This document shows, piece by piece, positions 1 to 6,231 of a stretch of DNA of 11,749 bases. Position numbers and translations under genes: made by a program. The notes under the pieces were generated by a model. The model did not search any database and was not told the origin of the DNA. It was given only the letters and a program-made list of their open reading frames with translations. This DNA is from Candidatus Heimdallarchaeota archaeon (GTDB taxonomy: Archaea; Asgardarchaeota; Heimdallarchaeia; Heimdallarchaeales; Kariarchaeaceae). The stretch covers positions 1 to 11,749 of the forward strand of contig WAKA01000216.1 in assembly GCA_015523565.1 (NCBI GenBank), read 5' to 3'. Position 1 is the stretch's first letter, and the number at the start of each line of letters is the position of its first letter.

Positions 1-802
1 AGGCAAATTCCCTGGCCTTTTCCTCCCTGATGTTTCTGAAATCCAATTTTGCAAGGTTTTGCTCATTGGCATCCATCAGCTCAGAGATCATTTCTCTTGC
101 CTTTTTAGGCATTTGCCCTTCTTCCTTTCCCAAAATAGTGGATAACTTTTCAGCAACTTCTTCCAATTGTTCCTGCATTTCCCCTTTGAATTCTTCAAGT
201 GATTCTTGATCCACGGGGGGCATGTCAAGAATAAGAAATCCAGCTGATGAGCTGATGAATGGAATTGCAAGGATGGATTCAATAGCCTTGAATATGACTG
301 CTCCGCGGTAATTTCCATGTCTTAAACAGAAAAGCTTTGCCTGTTCTGCGAGGGCATAAGGTGGACCGAATATTCCCGCAAATGTTGACAGGGCCATTGT
401 GGCGGAACTGAAAATAAAAATAAGGATGGGTCCGAATTCGCCGAACCGATCTTGGCTAAAGAAGGCGATAAGTCCAAATGATAGGGCAACAGCGGATAAA
501 GCAAAATCCACAGTTTGACCAATCCCTTTTCTAAGCGCATAACCTTCGGCCACCTTATCTACCTCTTCAGACATTTGTGAAATTTGGTTAAGGGCTGTTT
601 CTGCCTCAATACGTTTCGGATCTGCCATCAAGCGCGAAAGTGCAAGAAGAAATGTTCTGTTGACATCCAGCAAAGGCACATATTCTTGAAACTTGCGGGG
701 AAAGATAGAATCATAGATTATCAAGATTAAATGGGAAACGATGGCAACAATAAAGATAGGAAATGCGAGAATGGCTACAAGAGTCCTAGTGAAAGCGCTC
801 AC
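1..802 (-). CDS. Hypothetical integral membrane protein (about 4 TM segments then a charged helical region), 3' end runs off the window; absent from the ORF track
   Basis: Manual translation from GTG at 802 is open for 267 codons to the edge: MSAFTRTLVAILAFPIFIVAIVSHLILIIYDSIFPRKF...DFALSAVALSFGLIAFF...GPILIFIFSSATMALSTFAGIFGPPY...ILAIPFISSSAGFLILDMPPVDQESLEEFKGEMQEQLEEVAEKLSTILG...EEKAREFA. An in-frame TGA at 859-857 bounds it upstream and TTTAAAAA lies at 839-832. Confidence 0.85.
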   Translation of the reverse strand, partial: MSAFTRTLVAILAFPIFIVAIVSHLILIIYDSIFPRKFQEYVPLLDVNRTFLLALSRLMADPKRIEAETALNQISQMSEEVDKVAEGYALRKGIGQTVDFALSAVALSFGLIAFFSQDRFGEFGPILIFIFSSATMALSTFAGIFGPPYALAEQAKLFCLRHGNYRGAVIFKAIESILAIPFISSSAGFLILDMPPVDQESLEEFKGEMQEQLEEVAEKLSTILGKEEGQMPKKAREMISELMDANEQNLAKLDFRNIREEKAREFA

Positions 803-831
803 AACTATACACGGTCGAACACATATTTTAG

Positions 832-839
832 TTTTTAAA
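832..839 (-). promoter_or_regulatory. Putative archaeal TATA box for the membrane-protein gene
   Basis: TTTAAAAA on the minus strand, 30-37 nt upstream of GTG 802. Confidence 0.45.
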
Positions 840-913
840 TTCCAAAGCGAAAAATCTCAGTGGATTTAACAGAAAAGGGAGATACCACAATAAAACCACA
901 GTATTTTCTAACC

Positions 914-921
914 TTTTAATG
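914..921 (+). promoter_or_regulatory. Putative TATA box for the 64-aa ORF
   Basis: TTTTAATG starts 28 nt before ATG 942, the same spacing as at acd (27) and iorA (29). Confidence 0.45.
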
Positions 922-941
922 ATAATACGGGATTTTTCCTC

Positions 942-1136
942 ATGGATCGATACATTGAAACAAGAATAATAGAATCAAAAAACGATGACATACTGCAATA
1001 CGTCAATGAAGCCTTTGGGCTAATTGACAGGTATTTTGACCTGAAAGCCAATAAGAAAAGAGACCCTAAAGTAGAGGCAACATTGGAGAAAATAGACATT
1101 CGTTTTCAGGAGATAATAAGTAAAATTGCGGCATAA
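942..1136 (+). CDS. Small hypothetical helical protein (64 aa)
   Basis: ATG start, TATA-like box at the usual distance, fills the gap before acd, and has a natural-looking amphipathic K/E/D/I-rich composition. Confidence 0.65.
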   Translation: MDRYIETRIIESKNDDILQYVNEAFGLIDRYFDLKANKKRDPKVEATLEKIDIRFQEIISKIAA

Positions 1137-1158
1137 TAATGAAAATCTAAAATATTCC

Positions 1159-1166
1159 TTTTATTT
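1159..1166 (+). promoter_or_regulatory. Putative TATA box for acd
   Basis: TTTTATTT starts 27 nt before ATG 1186 and is flanked by the inverted repeat TTCC-N8-GGAA (1155-1170). Confidence 0.4.
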
Positions 1167-1185
1167 GGAAAGTTATTTTTTACTT

Positions 1186-3255
1186 ATGAAAAGAAACCTG
1201 TCCATAGATGAGGAACAGGCTTTATTTACACCGAAAAGTATTGCAATTGCAGGAGTCAGCAGGAACCCACGTTCGTTGGGTAGAAAAGTTCTTAAAAATT
1301 TGATGAAATCGGGCTATCCAGGCAAGATTTTTGTAATCCATCCCAAAGCAGACCAGATCGATGGAATAAAGGCATTTCCAACACTTAGTGATATTCCTTC
1401 AGAGATTGATCAGGTTATTTCGTTAGTTCCTAGGGAAAGTGTCTTAAAATTGGCGAAGGATTGTATTGACAATCAAGTCAAGGTATTGGTTGTGATTTCA
1501 GCGGGCTTCAGTGAAGTGGGAGGTGAGGGCGTGCAAATGGAAGAGGAATTGGTAAAATTAGCTTCTGAAAATAATCTGCGATTAGTGGGACCAAATTCAA
1601 TGGGAGTTTTCAGTGGAGTTTCATTTGAAAACAAGCCAATGGATGCAACATTTTCCCCAATACAAACAAAAGCAGGAGACATTGCTTTTTTGTCACAATC
1701 AGGGGCTATTGGGGCAGTGCTCATGAATTATGGTAACCAATACCAGATTGGTCTGTCACGTTTTGTTTCATTAGGGAACAAAGCAGATATTGATGAAAAC
1801 ATACTAATAGATTATCTGCATAAGGATAACAATACAAAAGTCATTGCCCTTTATTTGGAATCGTTTGTAGATGGTAGGCAATTTATGAAGGTATGCCAGA
1901 AGGTCAATAAGACAAAGCCCATCTTGGCTGTAAAAAGCGGGAGAACTTCGGCAGGAATCAGGGCGGCCGCATCTCATACAGGGGCATTGGCAAGTAAGGA
2001 CGCCATTGTTGATTCAGTTTTTGAGCATTCAGGCATCATACGTTGTGAAGACATAAAGGAAATGTTGATTTGTGCCTATGGGTTGTCAAAAACCAATATT
2101 CCAAATGGGAATAGATTTTCAGTCATTTCAAATGCAGGTGGTCCAGGTACATTACAGACAGATGAGCTTCAATTTAAGGGAATTGAGATTCCAGAGTTAT
2201 CCAAAGAGACACAATATCAACTAAAAAGCTTTCTTCCTATAGAGGCAAGTACAGACAATCCAATAGATATTTTGCCTTCAGCTTCACCAGAGATTTATTA
2301 TAAAACAGTTCAAACAGTGTTGGACAGCAATGAGGTAGATGGGGCAATAGTTCTTCTGTTACCACCAGTACTCTTTCCTATTGATGAGATGCTTGAAGGG
2401 ATAGAAAGGGTAAAAACGGAGAAAACGTTGATAGTTGTTGCAATGGGTTGTGAAGGGATGATTGAGGATTATCAAAAGTATTCAATGCCAATCTTGCACC
2501 TGCCAAAAAATGCGGCGTTTCTTGTTTCTTCAGCATTGAAATGGAGAAGATCAATGAATAAAAAGTTCATGGAATACACCCATCCCCTTCCATCGGGAAT
2601 AATTAATGAAAAGGACTCATGGTTGAACTATCCAACCACAGAAAAATTGCTAAATGCATATGGCATCGAAATGGCAAATGGTCAAGTTGTTGAATCATTT
2701 GAAAAAGCGAAGAATACATTTTCAAAAATTCCAAAACCAGTTGTAGTTAAACTAATATCGGAAAAGGCTGTACATAAGTCAGATGTGGGAGGAGTGATTG
2801 CTGGAATTGAAGATTTGACGCAATTACATGAGACATTTCATCGATTGGATGAAATATCAAAAGACATCAGTGATCCTAACCGCAGATTTTTGATTCAGGA
2901 ACAATTGGATGCAGAGTTTGAGATAGTCATAGGAGGGTTAAGGGATCCGCAGTTCGGACCAATGATTATGGTTGGTACAGGAGGGAAATTAGTGGAACTG
3001 ATTAAGGATGTAAAATTCCATCTTGCCCCCCTGTCTTTTGATGAGGCAATGGAGTTGATATCTCAGACAAGACTGGAACAATTGCTGAAGGGATACAGGG
3101 ATATTAAAACAATGGACAGAAAACAATTGGCAGGAATGCTGGTACGTGTTGGGAACTTATTATGGAATGAGCAGAGAATAAGAGAGATAGACTTAAATCC
3201 TGTTTTGCCTAAAGGAGACACGTTTGTTGTTGCAGATGCAAGAATAAGAGTTTAA
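1186..3255 (+). CDS. acdAB: Acetate/acyl-CoA ligase (ADP-forming), fused alpha-beta ACD (about 689 aa)
   Basis: CoA-binding start FTPKSIAIAGVS, then GPNSMG, SQSGA, SLGNKAD, KSGRTSAGIRAAASHTGALA (alpha phospho-His), NAGGPG, NPIDI, and a C-terminal ATP-grasp with HKSDVGGV (beta phospho-His), DPQFGP, EIDLNP, DARI. ATG 1186 is preferred over TTG 1126, which overlaps the upstream gene and promoter. Confidence 0.95.
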   Translation: MKRNLSIDEEQALFTPKSIAIAGVSRNPRSLGRKVLKNLMKSGYPGKIFVIHPKADQIDGIKAFPTLSDIPSEIDQVISLVPRESVLKLAKDCIDNQVKVLVVISAGFSEVGGEGVQMEEELVKLASENNLRLVGPNSMGVFSGVSFENKPMDATFSPIQTKAGDIAFLSQSGAIGAVLMNYGNQYQIGLSRFVSLGNKADIDENILIDYLHKDNNTKVIALYLESFVDGRQFMKVCQKVNKTKPILAVKSGRTSAGIRAAASHTGALASKDAIVDSVFEHSGIIRCEDIKEMLICAYGLSKTNIPNGNRFSVISNAGGPGTLQTDELQFKGIEIPELSKETQYQLKSFLPIEASTDNPIDILPSASPEIYYKTVQTVLDSNEVDGAIVLLLPPVLFPIDEMLEGIERVKTEKTLIVVAMGCEGMIEDYQKYSMPILHLPKNAAFLVSSALKWRRSMNKKFMEYTHPLPSGIINEKDSWLNYPTTEKLLNAYGIEMANGQVVESFEKAKNTFSKIPKPVVVKLISEKAVHKSDVGGVIAGIEDLTQLHETFHRLDEISKDISDPNRRFLIQEQLDAEFEIVIGGLRDPQFGPMIMVGTGGKLVELIKDVKFHLAPLSFDEAMELISQTRLEQLLKGYRDIKTMDRKQLAGMLVRVGNLLWNEQRIREIDLNPVLPKGDTFVVADARIRV

Positions 3256-3632
3256 TGATAGAAGGCAGAGCTTGTTCAAATCTTAGAAGATACCCGTTGT
3301 TGTCTTTAATATTGAATTCTTTCATGTCCCACGACATTTCCTCCAATTCTGTTTCATATTTCGCACCATTATCCCTATACATTTTGAACAGGCGACCAAT
3401 ATCTTTCTTGATGTGAAAATGAGAAGGTAACGGGCTTATCAGTATATGAAAATTGGATGTGAATGTGTTTTCCTTCCTCATCCAAAATACCGAATGAAAC
3501 ACTGGCATGATCCAAAGGTTCACCATAAGTCCAATCCAAGGGAAATCCTAACTTTTCGGTGTAGAGTTCAATGGTTTCTTCAAGGTCATTTACAGCAAGA
3601 ACAGGTTCAAGTGAAACCACAAAGTGATGCAT
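3209..3632 (-). pseudogene. VOC (glyoxalase/bleomycin-resistance) family gene split by a +1 frameshift
   Basis: The N-half (3632-3375 frame) reads LEPVLAVNDLEETIELYTEKLGF; the C-half (3526-3209 frame) reads FHIKKDIGRLFKMYRDNGA...EEMSWDMKEFNIKDNNGYLLRFEQ. Removing one base from the A4 run at 3416-3419 joins them into one 140-aa ORF. Confidence 0.85.
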
Positions 3633-3741
3633 AATCGGAAATAATGACGGCAGACATAAAGAGTTAAATATAACAATTTAGGCATTATGAGGAAGCAGAA
3701 TTCCAAGGGACAAAACCACGATTAATATACTAAGTATTCCA

Positions 3742-3751
3742 TTTTAATATA
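3742..3751 (+). promoter_or_regulatory. Putative TATA box for iorAB
   Basis: TTTTAATATA starts 29 nt before ATG 3771; a second TTAATATA copy lies at 3722-3729. Confidence 0.45.
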
Positions 3752-3770
3752 ATTAGTAGAGGGAAGTGCG

Positions 3771-5609
3771 ATGACAAGGTTGGAGACCATAAGTTCTGCA
3801 AAGGCAGATGTTCAGAACCATCTGATGCTACTGGGAAATGAGGCGGTTGCATTGGGACTGATGGATGAGGGGGCAAATTATTTTACAGGGTACCCTGGAA
3901 CACCGTCCACAGAGATAATTGAGTTTGCCATTAAGAGGCAAGATGATTATGGGATTGAGGTGCATTGGGGAACCAATGAAGCGGCGGCATTAGAGGATGC
4001 GGCGGCGGCGGCAATTTCAGGTCATTATGCAGTTTTTACTGCAAAACATGTTGGACTTAACGTTGCGGCGGATCCATTTGTCACGTTAGCTACAATGGGT
4101 GTCAGGGGTGGACTTGTACTGTGTATTGCCGATGACCCTTCAATGCATTCGTCCCAAAATGAGCAGGATACACGATGGTATGGGAGATTAGCCCATGTTC
4201 CAATAATTGAACCGACAAGTCCGACAAATGCGTATTTTTGGGCAAGGGAAGCGATGAAACTAAGCATTGAAACAAAATTACCAGTTATTTTACGTTTAAC
4301 AACTCGAATTTCGCATGGATTAGGAACAGTTGAAGAACTTCCGCGAAATAAGAGAGAACCATTGCCTTATGAAAAAGACGTTTCAAGATTTGTATCAATT
4401 CCTGCAAATGCAAGGGTCAACAAGAAAAGGCTAAATGAAGCTTTTGAATATACACAACAGCTAATAGACAGCCCCAATTTTGTTAGAGAACTGACCTACG
4501 GATCGGAAGATGTGGGAGTCATAACTTCTGGCATAGCAGCAAGCTATTGCGAAGATCTGAGCAAGAAATATTCACTTGATACGTTGGTAATTTATGCAAC
4601 ACATCCTCTTCCAAAAGAACAAGTATATCGATTTATGAAAAACAGGAGAAAAATACTTGTTGTTGAAGAGTTGGATGGGGTATTGGAAGGAGACATCAAG
4701 AGACTGGCATATGAAAATGATTCAGATGTGAAAATCATCGGCAAGGAGAAAATTTCACTGGATTATGAATTGAAGCCAGATCAAGTCGAAGATGCAATTA
4801 GGGATTTTCTAAATTTAGAGCCTATAGACAGAACCTTAATTGAACTTCCGATGGAATCAATGTTGCCACGCCCACCGACATTTTGTGCAGGTTGTCCCCA
4901 TAGGGCGGCATATTACGATTTAAAAAGAGCATTCAAGAATATTGATACAATTTATTCAAATGATATAGGTTGTTATTCATTGGGAGCATTGCCGCCTTAC
5001 AATGAAGCGGATTCAATTCTTTGCATGGGAGCCAGCATAGGTATGGCAGTGGGTTATGCAAAGGCAAATCCAGACAAGACAGTGATTGCCACGATAGGTG
5101 ATTCCACATTCTGGCATTCAGGCATTTCAGCATTGGCAAATGCAATTTGGCAGGATGTCAATCTCTTGGTTGTTGTTTTGGACAATTCTACCACTGCAAT
5201 GACAGGAACACAAGAAAATCCATCAACCCATGGAAAATTGAACATTGCCAAGACGATCCAAGGAATGGGAATTCCAGCATTTGAACTATCTTCATTTGAA
5301 TATAAGGAATTCATTGATCTTGCAAGGAGATTAATTAAATTGCCAGGGGTCAAGGCAATCATCTCCAAACAACCCTGTGTGATCTATGAAAACCAATTGA
5401 TCAAAGAGGAGAAAGCAAAACCCAAAGGCTATGTTGAAGTGGATCATGAAAAGTGCACAATGTGTGGACTATGTGTTGAGGGACTCAATTGCACAGCATT
5501 AAGTGTAGTTGACGGGAAGATAGCGGTTGATGTTGCACAATGCAACGGTTGTGAATTTTGTTCCACAATTTGTCCAAGGGATGCCTTTACATTGAAAGAG
5601 GTGGCGTAA
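3771..5609 (+). CDS. iorA: Indolepyruvate:ferredoxin oxidoreductase alpha subunit
   Basis: GNEAVA, GYPGTPSTEI, KHVGLNVAAD, DDPSMHSSQNEQD, RPPTFCAGCPH, DIGCY, CMGASIG, TPP motif GDSTFWHSG...DN...MTG, and a C-terminal 2x[4Fe-4S] domain (CTMCGLC..C; CNGCEFCSTICP); 612 aa. Confidence 0.97.
   Translation: MTRLETISSAKADVQNHLMLLGNEAVALGLMDEGANYFTGYPGTPSTEIIEFAIKRQDDYGIEVHWGTNEAAALEDAAAAAISGHYAVFTAKHVGLNVAADPFVTLATMGVRGGLVLCIADDPSMHSSQNEQDTRWYGRLAHVPIIEPTSPTNAYFWAREAMKLSIETKLPVILRLTTRISHGLGTVEELPRNKREPLPYEKDVSRFVSIPANARVNKKRLNEAFEYTQQLIDSPNFVRELTYGSEDVGVITSGIAASYCEDLSKKYSLDTLVIYATHPLPKEQVYRFMKNRRKILVVEELDGVLEGDIKRLAYENDSDVKIIGKEKISLDYELKPDQVEDAIRDFLNLEPIDRTLIELPMESMLPRPPTFCAGCPHRAAYYDLKRAFKNIDTIYSNDIGCYSLGALPPYNEADSILCMGASIGMAVGYAKANPDKTVIATIGDSTFWHSGISALANAIWQDVNLLVVVLDNSTTAMTGTQENPSTHGKLNIAKTIQGMGIPAFELSSFEYKEFIDLARRLIKLPGVKAIISKQPCVIYENQLIKEEKAKPKGYVEVDHEKCTMCGLCVEGLNCTALSVVDGKIAVDVAQCNGCEFCSTICPRDAFTLKEVA
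5598..5603 (+). promoter_or_regulatory. Shine-Dalgarno site for iorB, inside the iorA 3' end
   Basis: GAGGTG 7 nt before ATG 5611; the iorA stop (5607-5609) is 1 nt from the iorB start, consistent with translational coupling. Confidence 0.65.
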
Positions 5610-5610
5610 G

Positions 5611-6231
5611 ATGAGTGCCGAAATGGAAATGAAGCAAAAGACACATCAAATACAATTAGCAGGGGTTGGGGGACAAGGAATAATAAGTACAGGAAGACTG
5701 CTTTTGTCAGTAGGTCAAGAGGAAGGATTTTTGGTAAAAGGAAATGAAACACATGGCATGAGTCAAAGAGGGGGATCTGTTGTATTTCAGGTAAGGATAG
5801 GGAATTTCAATGGCGTTTTAATTCCAGAAGGTGAAGCTGATGTCCTCTTGTCAACGGAACCAATGGAAGCTGTCAGGAACATAAATGTACTGAAACCAGG
5901 CGGATTGGTGATTACTGAAACGCATAGGATAATTCCTGCGATTTCAAATGTCATCAAGAAAGAATATCCGCCTGATGAAATATTATATGAAACAATGAAA
6001 AAGAGAACAGCGAATATTGTCAAGGTTCCGGCAAGGGACATAGCTGAAAGTGTAGGGAACTTGAGGGGGGCAAATTTGGTATTGCTGGGAGTATTAGTTC
6101 AGCTTACAGATTTCTTTGATCCATCCCTAGTTGAACAAAAAATAGCAGAAAGGTGGCCAAAAGTTTCAGATATTAATTTAGAAACGTTTCATAAAGGCAT
6201 GGAATTTGCGAGTAAACTTAAACTTCAATGA
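5611..6231 (+). CDS. iorB: Indolepyruvate:ferredoxin oxidoreductase beta subunit
   Basis: AGVGGQGII, ETHGMSQRGGSV, GEADVLLSTEPMEAVR, ANLVLLG, INLETFHKG; directly follows iorA. Confidence 0.96.
   Translation: MSAEMEMKQKTHQIQLAGVGGQGIISTGRLLLSVGQEEGFLVKGNETHGMSQRGGSVVFQVRIGNFNGVLIPEGEADVLLSTEPMEAVRNINVLKPGGLVITETHRIIPAISNVIKKEYPPDEILYETMKKRTANIVKVPARDIAESVGNLRGANLVLLGVLVQLTDFFDPSLVEQKIAERWPKVSDINLETFHKGMEFASKLKLQ

Noticed and set aside
215-220. G6 homopolymer as a phase-variation tract
   Set aside because: Short, encodes Pro-Pro, and the reading frame is intact.
88-540. Track ORFs 88..318 and 322..540 (-)
   Set aside because: They are alternative-frame shadows inside the longer open frame running from 802 to the edge.
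908-1099. 63-aa minus-strand ORF
   Set aside because: Antisense to the better-supported 942..1136 ORF, and it runs through that gene's promoter.
1126-1185. N-terminal extension of ACD from TTG 1126
   Set aside because: Overlaps the upstream gene and the TATA-like box; family similarity begins after ATG 1186.
1186-3255. ACD as a Pat/YfiQ-type protein lysine acetyltransferase
   Set aside because: There is no GNAT domain and both catalytic histidine motifs are intact.
3981-4013. GCG trinucleotide runs in iorA
   Set aside because: In-frame Ala codons in an Ala-rich helix (NEAAALEDAAAAA); no evidence of a variable repeat.
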